Below are positions 17,293 to 26,474 of a DNA stretch of 64,000 bases, in pieces. Both the position numbers and the translations under genes were made by a program. The notes beneath the pieces were generated by a model. It was not told the DNA's origin, made no database searches, and saw nothing but the letters and a program-made list of their open reading frames with translations. Positions within the stretch are counted from its first letter, which is position 1; each line of letters starts with the position of its first letter. Source of the DNA: a virus. The stretch lies in IMG/VR virus record IMGVR_UViG_3300045241_000115, positions 9,960-73,959 of that record; one strand, given 5' to 3'.

Positions 17293-18438
17293 TTAAGCCG
17301 ACGTTGTCAGTTCAGGCTTAACCGGCTTGATCGGCGCGGTCATCATGTAGGTGAACCACGGATTGCCGCGGTTCTCGCCGATGTGCTGCACGCCGCCCAC
17401 TTCGTAGAACCCGCTCTCGTTCAGGCCCATGCGCTGAATGTTCAAGCGCTGCGCGTCCGTCGGCAGGTTGTCCGCGTCACCGGACGGACTCGCCTTCTGC
17501 ACGACGAGATCGCGCTCATCGATATGGATGCGCCGCCCTGGCCGGATCGCGAAGTTCAACAGGCTATGGACCTCAACGCCGCCGTCCCGCGTCTGTGCCG
17601 GGACGTCCAGCATGCCGGACTGTGAGTTGAGCACCGGCACCTGCTCCGTCGCGAACGTCTCGAACTCCTTCAGGATGTGCAGCTTGTTATCGTCGTCGAT
17701 GTGATAGTGCGCGCCAGCGGAGCGCACGACATCGCGCAGAACGTCGCTCGCCATGCCGAAACAGACGCGCCCACGCGGCGCCTTCTCCTTGCCAAGATCC
17801 GTGATGTAGCCAAGCCCTATACCGTATGGCGCCATCGCCGCGGCGCACGCATTGACGACATCCCGCTGCGTCGCGCCGGCGGGAAGCGTCGTATTGACGA
17901 CTGCCTGGGTGACCGCCTCGTCGCCCGTCGCAGCGTGCAGCTCGATATACGTGTCCGTCGCGTTCTGCCGGCCGTATTTGAACCATGCGATCGGCCCAGC
18001 GAAGATTTTGCCGTATTGCTGCGATGGCGCCTGGTAGCCCGCCTCGAGCAGCACATGCGTCAGCGTCTTTTGCAGCCTCGCGACCAGGTTGCTGTCGATG
18101 TTGTAGATCGTGATGCGCGCCTTCCACAACGTCTGGCCGAGCTGCTTGGAGACATCGAAGTTGAACGCGAGTTTCGACAGATCAACAGCGTCCTTGCCGG
18201 ACTGCGTGCCGACCGTCAGGTTCCACTTGCGCATCCACAGCTTGCCGGCGCTGTGCGGATCGAGCGGCATGTCGGGACGCTGGACTGACGACGGGGCAGC
18301 GATCGCCGACTTCGTCGCGCCCTTGCCGATTTCCCCTGGCAGCAACGGCGCAGGCGGGCCGGGAACGCTCGTGTCGGGGAAGTTCAGATCCCCGCCGCCA
18401 GCGATAGGCCCGCGTGGTGCTACGACCGCGCCGCTCAT
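17293..18438 (-). CDS. baseplate hub protein
   Basis: RKWNLTV, A.ITIYN, LEAGY, IF.G.I, PRGRV.FG, GENRGN.W. Confidence 0.85.
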   Translation of the reverse strand: MSGAVVAPRGPIAGGGDLNFPDTSVPGPPAPLLPGEIGKGATKSAIAAPSSVQRPDMPLDPHSAGKLWMRKWNLTVGTQSGKDAVDLSKLAFNFDVSKQLGQTLWKARITIYNIDSNLVARLQKTLTHVLLEAGYQAPSQQYGKIFAGPIAWFKYGRQNATDTYIELHAATGDEAVTQAVVNTTLPAGATQRDVVNACAAAMAPYGIGLGYITDLGKEKAPRGRVCFGMASDVLRDVVRSAGAHYHIDDDNKLHILKEFETFATEQVPVLNSQSGMLDVPAQTRDGGVEVHSLLNFAIRPGRRIHIDERDLVVQKASPSGDADNLPTDAQRLNIQRMGLNESGFYEVGGVQHIGENRGNPWFTYMMTAPIKPVKPELTTSA

Positions 18439-18701
18439 CGGCGATTGTGCTCCGCGTAGGCGTCCTCGGCGCGCTGCTCGTTCTCTTCCTGGGCGTCGAT
18501 GTAGTCGTTCGCGACCGCGATGATTTCCAAATCCAGCGTGCCGTCCACCAGGCCCTCGAGGCGACACATGCCTTTGTAGACAGGTCGCATCAGGAAATCT
18601 TCTCCATCTGGGAGGCCAACCCACTCAATCCCAATGAGGGCGTCTGGGGTTCGGCGTCGCCAGGTACGTTTGGGAGCGCCAGCCCTGTAGCGAAAAAACC
18701 C
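18435..18701 (-). CDS. C-terminal (-1 frame) part of the tail assembly chaperone (GT-like)
   Basis: Reached via G GGT TTT at 18701-18695; MRPV..GMC....L.DGTLDL..IA..ND.ID. Confidence 0.7.
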   Translation of the reverse strand, partial: GFFRYRAGAPKRTWRRRTPDALIGIEWVGLPDGEDFLMRPVYKGMCRLEGLVDGTLDLEIIAVANDYIDAQEENEQRAEDAYAEHNRR

Positions 18702-19090
18702 GACAGGTTCTCCTGGATCACGTTCCACGCGATGTGGACGAGCTCCGTCAGGTCATAGTCCTCGAACTGCTCGCGGCCTGCCGTGGGGTTCCACAGGTCC
18801 ATCCATATCTCGCCCTGGCCGTTCGCGCCCGCGCGACGCTGCACGCCGGCGAGGCATTGGTTCACGAGATCGTCCACCTCGTGCTTTTCCATCGAGGCGA
18901 AGGCGCGGAAGAACGGCCCCATGAACATCAACTGGCGCGCGGATGCGTTCTGGCCTTCCTCCGGCGCGGTGACCGCGAATTGCACGAGCGGCCCGAACAG
19001 CGGACCGACGCCGCGCAACAGATGCAGTTGCGCGCGCGCGTTCAGCCGCTTGGTGCGATACGTGTGGCCGCCGACTTCGAACTCCGGCAT
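18590..19090 (-). CDS. tail assembly chaperone
   Basis: Follows the tube gene; EFEVGGHTY...LNA..QLH; ends with V..ENL.GFF and a slippery site. Confidence 0.8.
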   Translation of the reverse strand: MPEFEVGGHTYRTKRLNARAQLHLLRGVGPLFGPLVQFAVTAPEEGQNASARQLMFMGPFFRAFASMEKHEVDDLVNQCLAGVQRRAGANGQGEIWMDLWNPTAGREQFEDYDLTELVHIAWNVIQENLSGFFATGLALPNVPGDAEPQTPSLGLSGLASQMEKIS

Positions 19091-19093
19091 GGG

Positions 19094-19549
19094 CTACGCG
19101 CTCCCAGCCGTGCCGTCGCCCAGGATGCCGTCGATGGATCCAGCATCGAACACCCACTCCTGCGTGCCGCCCTCTTTCGCATAATTGACGTTGGGCCAAC
19201 GCTGGAAGGCGCATTGACGGCAACTGATCTGATCGCCGCGCGCCGGGTCGCTGATGACGATCGTATTGTTGCCCCACAACGCGGACGACACGCGCTGCAG
19301 GTCGTACATCATCGCGAGCAACTGGTTCGTGCCGGATGTCTTGAGGAACCTGATCGTCACGGTGCCGCCGTTTCCGGCATGGAGGCTGTGCATCACGCAG
19401 CCGTCCGCACCGATGGTCATCGTGTTTTTGTTCTCGACCATCGCAATGCTGATGCCTTCTTCGGCATTGCATGAGCCGTAACCGAGCGAGAACGATCCGC
19501 CGGGCCCGACAATCGTCGCGGCCACGTCCATGAAGCTGTAGGTCGCCAT
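19094..19549 (-). CDS. tail tube protein (DUF3277-like)
   Basis: MATYSFMDV.A...GP, AEEGI, NTMTIGADG..MHSLHA. Confidence 0.9.
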   Translation of the reverse strand: MATYSFMDVAATIVGPGGSFSLGYGSCNAEEGISIAMVENKNTMTIGADGCVMHSLHAGNGGTVTIRFLKTSGTNQLLAMMYDLQRVSSALWGNNTIVISDPARGDQISCRQCAFQRWPNVNYAKEGGTQEWVFDAGSIDGILGDGTAGSA

Positions 19550-19625
19550 GTATGAGCTCCATCTGAGGGATGCGGCGCCTCACGGCGCTGCGGTCGCCTT
19601 GCCCAAGGGCGATGTATGAAGGGGC

Positions 19626-19850
19626 TTAGAGCGGCGGCAGCGTCACTTTGCCGACGCGTGGAACAGACTTCGGCTTTGGTTTGGCGGGCGCGCGGTGCCT
19701 GTCGTTCAGGCCCATGCGACGCAGCTCGCGCGAGATCGCCTCGTTACCGCGACCCAATCGCTCGGCCATCACGTCGTAGGTCAGGCCTTGCTCGCGCATT
19801 TTGCGTAGCTTCGCCCGTTCCTCATCGGTCCAGTGGTTCGTGCGTCCCAT
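19626..19850 (-). CDS. GcrA N-terminal-like HTH protein
   Basis: WTDEE...L......GL....A..LGR...AI....RMGL. Confidence 0.6.
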   Translation of the reverse strand: MGRTNHWTDEERAKLRKMREQGLTYDVMAERLGRGNEAISRELRRMGLNDRHRAPAKPKPKSVPRVGKVTLPPL

Positions 19851-19854
19851 CGCA

Positions 19855-20490
19855 TCACCACGTAGCGAATTTCAGTGCCGCCGCCTTCATCGCCAGCGCC
19901 GCGCGTTCCTCCGCGGCCGGCTGCAAAGGCTGGATCCACGCGAGCGCCAGACCGCCGACGGCAACGCCGAGAATGGGCGGCACCGCGACCAAGCAAACGC
20001 GGCGATAGCCTTTGACGGCCATCGCCTTCATGTCCTCGTTCAGCGCCTCGCCAGCGTTGACGCACGCCACTTCATTGTTGAGAAATTTGACAACCAACGG
20101 CATCGAGGACTCTGGCAGGAGCGCTTGCTGCGGACCGGAGCTGGGGATCCAGCGGTTGCCGTCACGATCCACGCCGACGCGGTCAACCAAGATATTGTCG
20201 TTGATATTGGTCTCGATCAGTAGCGCATAGTCAGCGCGCGTGTCGCGCAACAGCCGGTCGGCGTCACGCAGGAATACGGGAGAGTCCAGCTCCGCCTGTT
20301 CATGCGCTTTGTGCAGGATCGCATCGGCGATCGTGCCACGCTCGAGATAGAGGATGTATCCGAGGCCGCCGAGGACGAGCAGGACGATGACGACGATGGC
20401 TTTCCAGGGACGGTCCATGAAAGCGAGCAGGCCACGGAACACCGATGCGGCGGTGAGCTTTTCCTCCGGCTCCGGCGCCTTGTCGCTCAT
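19855..20490 (-). CDS. single-TM protein with C-terminal periplasmic domain; possible T4 T-like holin
   Basis: One N-terminal TM (AIVVIVLLVLGGLGYILYL), two Cys in the C-terminal domain, adjacent to the amidase. Confidence 0.5.
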   Translation of the reverse strand: MSDKAPEPEEKLTAASVFRGLLAFMDRPWKAIVVIVLLVLGGLGYILYLERGTIADAILHKAHEQAELDSPVFLRDADRLLRDTRADYALLIETNINDNILVDRVGVDRDGNRWIPSSGPQQALLPESSMPLVVKFLNNEVACVNAGEALNEDMKAMAVKGYRRVCLVAVPPILGVAVGGLALAWIQPLQPAAEERAALAMKAAALKFATW

Positions 20491-20861
20491 TCGATAGCGA
20501 TCTCCACGACGTAGAACATATCGCCGTCGTTGACCGCGTTGCCGCTGCCGCCGCGGTATCTGATCACGCGCTGATGCACGGGCTGCCCGCGCCATTGATC
20601 GGAAACGAGAAGTCCGTCGCTGTTCTCGCTCAGCAGCACCGCCGTGTGCGAACGCCCGTCCGTGTGATTGCCGTACAGTCCGTTGGGATCGAATGTCGCA
20701 ATCGCGGTGCCAGGCGCGCACCCGCTGCCACGCACCGGATCGCCGCGCCGCCAGAGTGACGTGTGAGGAAGGCCGCAGACCTCCCTCACATACGCCACGC
20801 AATGACCGTCCCCGACCACCGTGCCGGAATGCCGGTGATGATCGGTCGCGGTGTAAGGCAC
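20487..20861 (-). CDS. BPSL0067/Tae2-like cysteine peptidoglycan amidase; probable endolysin
   Basis: GHCVAYVR...HTSLWRRG..V...GTAIATFD..G.Y.N...HTAV...DQW. Confidence 0.75.
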   Translation of the reverse strand: MPYTATDHHRHSGTVVGDGHCVAYVREVCGLPHTSLWRRGDPVRGSGCAPGTAIATFDPNGLYGNHTDGRSHTAVLLSENSDGLLVSDQWRGQPVHQRVIRYRGGSGNAVNDGDMFYVVEIAIE

Positions 20862-20862
20862 G

Positions 20863-21516
20863 TCAGCCGCGCTTTGGCTGCGCTTCGGGAGGCAGGCCCT
20901 GATCAGGATGCCCCGGCACTGGCGGCAATCCCTGATCCGGGTGCCCAGGCACCGTGTGAGGCGGGTAGATCGGATGCGTTGGCTTCAGGCTGCAATCGAT
21001 CGTCGTCCAACGATAACCGACGCCGACGATCCAGCAGAACACCGTCAGCTTGCCCGTCACGCCCGGCGGCAACGGCGGATAGACCGCGCCGGGAGGCAGC
21101 ACTGGCAACTGCTCCGCTGTGCCCCCGCCGCCGCCAGGACGATAGATCGGATGCTCCGGAGAGACAGGAACATCGATGCCATAGTTCGGATCGACCGGAC
21201 GCGGCGGATGCGGCCACACGGTCGGCGGCGTCGGTAGGCCATAATCGGGATCGACGGGATAGGTCGGGCGTGGCGGTCGAGCGATCGGATGCGACGGACG
21301 CTCGCCAGTCGGCGGCAGCGGATGACCTGGCGTTACCGGCGGCAGAGGGATGCCGTAACCCGGATCGACCGGTCCCTCACCACCAGGGAGTCCCTGATCG
21401 GGATGACCGCCTTCATCGACGCCATACCCAGGATCGACCGGCCCTTCAACGCCGGGGAGTCCCTGATCGGGATGTCCACCACGGCGAATGCGCAGAAAGC
21501 CACTAACGAATGGCAT
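20863..21516 (-). CDS. Pro/Gly-rich repeat protein
   Basis: Four GHPDQGLP and four PVDP.YG repeats; GAAGGAG SD. Confidence 0.7.
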   Translation of the reverse strand: MPFVSGFLRIRRGGHPDQGLPGVEGPVDPGYGVDEGGHPDQGLPGGEGPVDPGYGIPLPPVTPGHPLPPTGERPSHPIARPPRPTYPVDPDYGLPTPPTVWPHPPRPVDPNYGIDVPVSPEHPIYRPGGGGGTAEQLPVLPPGAVYPPLPPGVTGKLTVFCWIVGVGYRWTTIDCSLKPTHPIYPPHTVPGHPDQGLPPVPGHPDQGLPPEAQPKRG

Positions 21517-21605
21517 AGGCTACTCCTTCATGTTTTAGGTTGTAGACACGGTCATCCATACGCTGTCGCCACGCGATTGCGTGTGACTGTATGGGGTCGT
21601 TTGGA

Positions 21606-23477
21606 TTATCTGTTGACGTTGACGATGACGTTGGCGAAGTGCACCGCGCCCGCGAGTTTGATCGCGCATTGGATCGTCGGCGCGATACGCTGCTCCCTGA
21701 TCGCCTGCGGCTGCGCCTCGACCAACGGCGCCCAGACATAAAAGCCCTTTGGCAGCATTTGGCCGTACTGGATCTGGCCGAAACCCGGCGCATTCCACTG
21801 CCCGGGCGCGACCATGCCGTTGACGACCGCCTGTTGCAGCGAGGCTTCCACGGTCGCGACAATGATGTGCACGCCTTGGTTCGTCTGCGGGATTTTCGTT
21901 GGGCTGGTGTAGAGCACGTTGAACACATCCGTCTGAATGCGGTTCGCCAGCCAATCGACGTTGTGCCGCTCATCGAAGAACATGCCCGAACACATGACAC
22001 CCTCTTGGATGATTGCCGCGTCGTTGCTGTAGGTGACGAACACATTGGCGCGTTTCAGTTTCAGCGCGGCCGCCTGGTTCTCTGTCAGAACTTCCGCAGC
22101 GACCCCTGGCTCCTGCTTGAATTTCAGCGTGATCACCGTGTTGTTCGCCTCGAAGTCCACGGTGAACGCGCGGGCATACATGCTCGCGACCGCATAGGGA
22201 CTGCTGCTGCTGAATTGGCCGAACGAGCGCGTGTAACCCAGCGCCCTCATCTGGGAGAAGATGTCGTTGATCACGACAGGATCGAGCGCGGCGGTGTCCT
22301 GCGACGTGAAGCCAAAGATCGAGACAGGATCGCAAGCCTCGATGTACTCCGCGACGTTCACATAGTCCGTCGTCGTGATGTCGTTCGTCAGCGCGAACTG
22401 CAGGCCATACCATTGCGGATGCGCGCGCAGCGCGACCGCACATTCCAAGGCGGTCTCGGCCGCGATGCCGTTGACCGGCGCGGAGGCGCCCGTTGCCTGC
22501 GTCAGTTTCAACGGCGTGGAAACGTCCTGGCCGATGCCGGCAGAACTCGCGTAGCTCAGTGACGATGTCGGCCCGTTGGAGATCGCCTGGATGTGGAACC
22601 GCGTGCCATCGAACCAACACGACGCGCCCTGCAAAGCATTGTTGATGATCGTCGCCGCGCCGTTCAGGTTCGTCACACCGGAGAAGTCCATGCCCGTCGT
22701 GCCGTTGACGGGCGCCTGTGCTCCCGTCGCGGAGCTGAGTCTCAACTCTTGGGCAAGGTTGGTGCCTGCCGCGCCGACAGTCGCGTAGGTGATCGTCGAT
22801 GTCGTGCCCGTCGTCGCGCTGCGGATGACGAAGGCACTGTACGTCGTGCTCCACGTCGCGCTGCCGGACGTGCCCAGACCGGTGTCGATCAGCGCCGCGG
22901 CGGCCTCGAGGAACGGCAGCGTGTCCGTCTCGGTGATCGTCGTGAAATCGATTGGCCCTACCGCCTTCGCCGTGCCATCGATCGTGATGCTCATCTCGCC
23001 GTCAGTGACGCCTTGCAGCGTCGTCACCAGCGCATCCTGATCCGTCGTGGAGAACAGGCCGCCGGTCAGATGTGCCGAGGACGCCTGGACGGTCCTTGGT
23101 GTGCCGTCGATCGTGATCGCCATCGTGCCGTTGGTGACCAGTTTCATCTGGCTCAGCAGCGTCACCTGCTGCGACGGCGTCAGGATGCCGCCATGCAGCA
23201 CGGCGGACGTTGGCGTCTGCGCGAAGCGGCCGACATACAGGATCGCCGGCCGTGGCGACTGACTGAAAAACAAATCGGCAGCCAAGTATTCCGGCGCCGT
23301 TGTGCCGAAGTCCGCTGCGACACCATCGAGCGTCGCGTATTCGCGCAGCCGCTCCGAAACATCGACGACCGCGGAAGGCCCAGCGATGCACAAGGCGCCG
23401 AAGTTGCGCAGCGGCACCGCCAGCGGCGACATATTGATCGTGACGTCTACAACGTCGGAGACGGACAAGCCGGGCAT
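21606..23477 (-). CDS. tail sheath protein (DUF3383-like)
   Basis: LSVSDVVDV, PEYLAA..FFSQSP.P, ITLKFKQEPG, KIPQT, AGAVH. Confidence 0.9.
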   Translation of the reverse strand: MPGLSVSDVVDVTINMSPLAVPLRNFGALCIAGPSAVVDVSERLREYATLDGVAADFGTTAPEYLAADLFFSQSPRPAILYVGRFAQTPTSAVLHGGILTPSQQVTLLSQMKLVTNGTMAITIDGTPRTVQASSAHLTGGLFSTTDQDALVTTLQGVTDGEMSITIDGTAKAVGPIDFTTITETDTLPFLEAAAALIDTGLGTSGSATWSTTYSAFVIRSATTGTTSTITYATVGAAGTNLAQELRLSSATGAQAPVNGTTGMDFSGVTNLNGAATIINNALQGASCWFDGTRFHIQAISNGPTSSLSYASSAGIGQDVSTPLKLTQATGASAPVNGIAAETALECAVALRAHPQWYGLQFALTNDITTTDYVNVAEYIEACDPVSIFGFTSQDTAALDPVVINDIFSQMRALGYTRSFGQFSSSSPYAVASMYARAFTVDFEANNTVITLKFKQEPGVAAEVLTENQAAALKLKRANVFVTYSNDAAIIQEGVMCSGMFFDERHNVDWLANRIQTDVFNVLYTSPTKIPQTNQGVHIIVATVEASLQQAVVNGMVAPGQWNAPGFGQIQYGQMLPKGFYVWAPLVEAQPQAIREQRIAPTIQCAIKLAGAVHFANVIVNVNR

Positions 23478-23499
23478 GGCATTGCTCCTTGGGGGCCGG

Positions 23500-23730
23500 A
23501 TGCTGTTGGTGAGAGTCGTCGCGCCCCACTTCGTCGCGGGGCTCGTGCTGGACGATCAGGATCGCTGCGTGAGAGCAGCGCCCATCCTGCGGTGGACGCT
23601 TGGCTGGCGGCGCGAGGACTTGCGCGATGTGTTCGAGCAGAAGCGGTGGCGCGCCTCGGTGATCTCGCGGTTCGACGCTATGGACGGACCACGGTGTTCG
23701 GACGCACCGTCACCGTCACGTCGGACGTAG
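23500..23730 (+). CDS. small antisense-oriented phage protein
   Basis: LVRVVAPHFVAGLV...RAAPILRW; occupies the gap between the tail terminator and the sheath. Confidence 0.5.
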   Translation: MLLVRVVAPHFVAGLVLDDQDRCVRAAPILRWTLGWRREDLRDVFEQKRWRASVISRFDAMDGPRCSDAPSPSRRT

Positions 23731-24313
23731 AGCCGTCCAGTTCGCGGTGCACGACGATGTCCGCGCCGTCCAGATTGAGCACGGGGTAGGCGCGGTCGAT
23801 CTGGCCGCGCATCTCGAGGCGGATGTCCAGCCGGTCGATCCACTGCTGATTGATCAGCTCCGCGTTGCGCGCGAGGTCGTGGACGGAAAGCAGCTTCATG
23901 CCGACCAGGTGCATCGGCTCCCAATTTTGCGGCACGTAGAGGCCGTCGCGGAATGCGCCCGCCAAATCCTCTGCTTCCGGCCCGTAGAACGTCGCGACGA
24001 CGGTCAGCGTCGCGTGGCGCTGCATGCGATCCACGCCTGGGCCGGGAGCGCCGGGAAGCTGCGTGACGCTATCGTGGACGATGTAGGGGTAATCGTCCGC
24101 CTCGACATGCGTGATGCCGATCGCCGCCCATGTCGTGTCCGCTGAGGGCTGCGCTGGCGGCATGGGCTGCCATCGCGGTCTCACCAGTGTCCCCGGCAGC
24201 GCGGTCAGCGCGACGACCGCCTGTTGCAGAGCGGCGGTCACTTCCCGCCCCGTGGGCGGCGGCGTCAGCACTTCCGCGATATAGCCGCCCGTCGCGGATG
24301 TGTTGCCGCTCAT
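23678..24313 (-). CDS. tail terminator/neck protein
   Basis: NTSATGGY, LVRPRWQP.PP..P, W.AIG, FYGP. Confidence 0.85.
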   Translation of the reverse strand: MSGNTSATGGYIAEVLTPPPTGREVTAALQQAVVALTALPGTLVRPRWQPMPPAQPSADTTWAAIGITHVEADDYPYIVHDSVTQLPGAPGPGVDRMQRHATLTVVATFYGPEAEDLAGAFRDGLYVPQNWEPMHLVGMKLLSVHDLARNAELINQQWIDRLDIRLEMRGQIDRAYPVLNLDGADIVVHRELDGSTSDVTVTVRPNTVVRP

Positions 24314-24402
24314 CGCTGCCACACACCGGCCTTGCCGCATCTCGGGCAGCACGGCCCGGGCGCGAAGGCGATCTTGCAGTCAGAGCAATACCAGAGGCTC
24401 AC
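24310..24402 (-). CDS. 30-aa Zn-ribbon micro-protein
   Basis: MSLWYCSDCKIAFAPGPCCPRCGKAGVWQR; GTGA and ATGA overlaps at the two ends. Confidence 0.5.
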   Translation of the reverse strand: MSLWYCSDCKIAFAPGPCCPRCGKAGVWQR

Positions 24403-24776
24403 CAGAACCTCGCGTCGCTCTCCATTGCGCGCAGCAGCAGCCATAAGAACAGGCGCGACATCACGTCGGTGCCCAAAGTTTTCTGCGTCGCCAGATGCTC
24501 ACGCAGCCCTTCGATGCTGCCTTCCCATTTGCCATCCGCATGCAGCGTAATCACCAGATCGGGCGACAGCGTGATGGTGGTCGGAAACCATGGCGTCTCG
24601 TTGAACAGCCACGTGCCGGTGAACATCGACGGATCAGCAGCTACCAGATGCGACGCGTCGACCGTAACGATGTCAGCAACGCCAAGCATCTTGCTTTCCG
24701 CTTCGTCGCGGACCGCCTCGGCGGTTTCCTTGAACGCCTTCAGCCATTGCTCCGAGTGATCGTCAGCGTTGCTCAT
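24399..24776 (-). CDS. hypothetical protein
   Basis: TGATG coupling. Confidence 0.55.
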   Translation of the reverse strand: MSNADDHSEQWLKAFKETAEAVRDEAESKMLGVADIVTVDASHLVAADPSMFTGTWLFNETPWFPTTITLSPDLVITLHADGKWEGSIEGLREHLATQKTLGTDVMSRLFLWLLLRAMESDARFW

Positions 24777-24946
24777 CAGTAAATCCTCCCGCCGCCGAAC
24801 AGTAGCACGAGCACGATGACGATCAGCACGATGCCGAGCAGGCTGAAGCCGCCCTGGCCGTAGTAACCTCCCCGATAGCCGTAATATCCGCCACCCAGGC
24901 CGCCAAAGAGCAGCACGATGACGATGATGATCAGGATCAGGCTCAT
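24776..24946 (-). CDS. small Gly-rich two-TM membrane protein (DUF3309-like)
   Basis: MSLILIIIVIVLLFGGLGGGYYGYRGGYYGQGGFSLLGIVLIVIVLVLLFGGGRIY; AAAGGAG SD. Confidence 0.7.
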   Translation of the reverse strand: MSLILIIIVIVLLFGGLGGGYYGYRGGYYGQGGFSLLGIVLIVIVLVLLFGGGRIY

Positions 24947-24990
24947 CGGCGGTTCTCCTTTCAGGGCGCGACGCCAGTCCTCAAGGGTAG

Positions 24991-25323
24991 TTATGGCGTG
25001 AAGCTCTCCAAGGTCTCGTGGTCGAGCTTCTCAGTCGGCTCCAATCCATGTGCCCGCTGATAACGGCCGAGCGCGCCGGCCGTCGCCGGACCCCATACGC
25101 CATCAATCGGCCCGTGATAGAACCCATCGCGCGTCAACCGCCCCTGAATGCCCTTTATCTGATCACGCGTCGCCGACGAGTCTCGCGTTGACGCCTGGGC
25201 TTCTGTCTGCGCCGCGCTATGGGCAGCGCTCTGCACCGGCGGTGCCGGCACTTGCGCTGCGGGCTGCGAAGGCTGGCTACACGCCGCCAGCGCGAGGACG
25301 CCAAGGAATGCCACTCTAAACAT
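24991..25323 (-). CDS. lipoprotein with peptidoglycan-binding domain
   Basis: Lipobox LAAC; IQ..L...GFY.GPIDG.WGP.T..AL..YQ...GL. Confidence 0.8.
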   Translation of the reverse strand: MFRVAFLGVLALAACSQPSQPAAQVPAPPVQSAAHSAAQTEAQASTRDSSATRDQIKGIQGRLTRDGFYHGPIDGVWGPATAGALGRYQRAHGLEPTEKLDHETLESFTP

Positions 25324-25468
25324 CTCTACCGACCTCCTGTCGCGCATGGCGAAGCGCGTTCACTTCCTCCGTCAGTTGCCTCACCTGCTCCGACAGCCGC
25401 GACACCACCAGCTCCAGGTGCAGCAGCCGACGATCCAGTTCTCGCGCATCCCCATCAGCCATGATGGT

Positions 25469-25657
25469 TCACCGAACTCCAGGACCTTGGATGGCAAAGC
25501 CAAACACCGCCCAGCCCAGCAGAAAAAACAAAATGAACAGCCAGATCGCGTTGAACCGCGGCACGTTCGGGTTGCCAGCATACGGGCCCCAATAGCCGGC
25601 GACGTGAAAAATTATCGCCAGCAACATCAACAGCCAGAAGATGAACCCGATCGTCAT
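25469..25657 (-). CDS. small two-TM membrane protein
   Basis: MTIGFIFWLLMLL...LFFLLGWAVFGF. Confidence 0.65.
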   Translation of the reverse strand: MTIGFIFWLLMLLAIIFHVAGYWGPYAGNPNVPRFNAIWLFILFFLLGWAVFGFAIQGPGVR

Positions 25658-25658
25658 A

Positions 25659-25889
25659 TCAGTTCCTCCCCGTGCCTGCCCGTATCCAGAAGATCATCTC
25701 GTCCATCTTCGGGATCGCCATGCTGCGCGCATGGTGGGACAGGTTCGCGCTCTCGATGAATGCGCGGCACTGCTCCCGCCACGCGTCGATTGCTTCCTTG
25801 GACAGAGCTCGCGATTGCGCCGCGCCAACCTTGTTCTCGGCGTATTCGACCTGCGCGTTCAGGCTGATGTCCTTCGGGAGATCGCTCAT
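25659..25889 (-). CDS. Acb2/Tad1-like helical-hairpin protein
   Basis: RSMAIPKMDEMIFW resembles the R.S.A.TKL(E/D)E..(M/F)W motif. Confidence 0.4.
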   Translation of the reverse strand: MSDLPKDISLNAQVEYAENKVGAAQSRALSKEAIDAWREQCRAFIESANLSHHARSMAIPKMDEMIFWIRAGTGRN

Positions 25890-26074
25890 GTCTTGGTCTC
25901 CTTTGTCGCGCGCGAGAGGCATTTGACCTCGATGAAAACGTGCAATTCCAACTCGCCCTCGGTCTCTTGGTAGATTGATCTGGCTTGGCCCCAGCGGACG
26001 GTTCTGATGTGATCGAGACATGCCGCCGCGCATTTCATGATGTGACTCCGGGTCCGATCCTCGTCCTCGTTCAT
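25886..26074 (-). CDS. hypothetical protein
   Basis: ATGA overlaps. Confidence 0.45.
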   Translation of the reverse strand: MNEDEDRTRSHIMKCAAACLDHIRTVRWGQARSIYQETEGELELHVFIEVKCLSRATKETKT

Positions 26075-26460
26075 GGCGGCCCCGCTTGTGGAGAGATCGT
26101 CTTGATCTCCATCGTCGCCTCGTAGTGCCCTGCGTTGTTCGCGAAGTTGCCGAAGCGGGCGACGTTGGTGACGACGTGCTCGCAGCCACGCCATAGAACC
26201 GTGTCCGCCTTGTTGGTGTCGGTCGCGGTGGCCAGCGCGAACGTCGTGATGATCTCGTAGCTGCCGCCTGTGCGCGCGAGGTCTGGCGTCACGGTCAGGT
26301 CGTCGCCGCTCATCGCGCCGATGTAGGCGAGGATGTCGAATTGCTGCGTCTGATACGTCACCCTGCCGTCCTGCCCGATCACCTCGACGCTGCGCAGCAC
26401 GGTGACGGGATCCACGAAATCTGGATCGAACAGGTTCTCGACGACGCTGATGTTCGCCAT
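26071..26460 (-). CDS. head closure/head-tail joining protein
   Basis: LFDPDF.D...V.R, D.V.W.G..., FGNF...GHY.A; position in the neck region. Confidence 0.75.
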   Translation of the reverse strand: MANISVVENLFDPDFVDPVTVLRSVEVIGQDGRVTYQTQQFDILAYIGAMSGDDLTVTPDLARTGGSYEIITTFALATATDTNKADTVLWRGCEHVVTNVARFGNFANNAGHYEATMEIKTISPQAGPP

Positions 26461-26474
26461 GCTATGCTCCTGCC

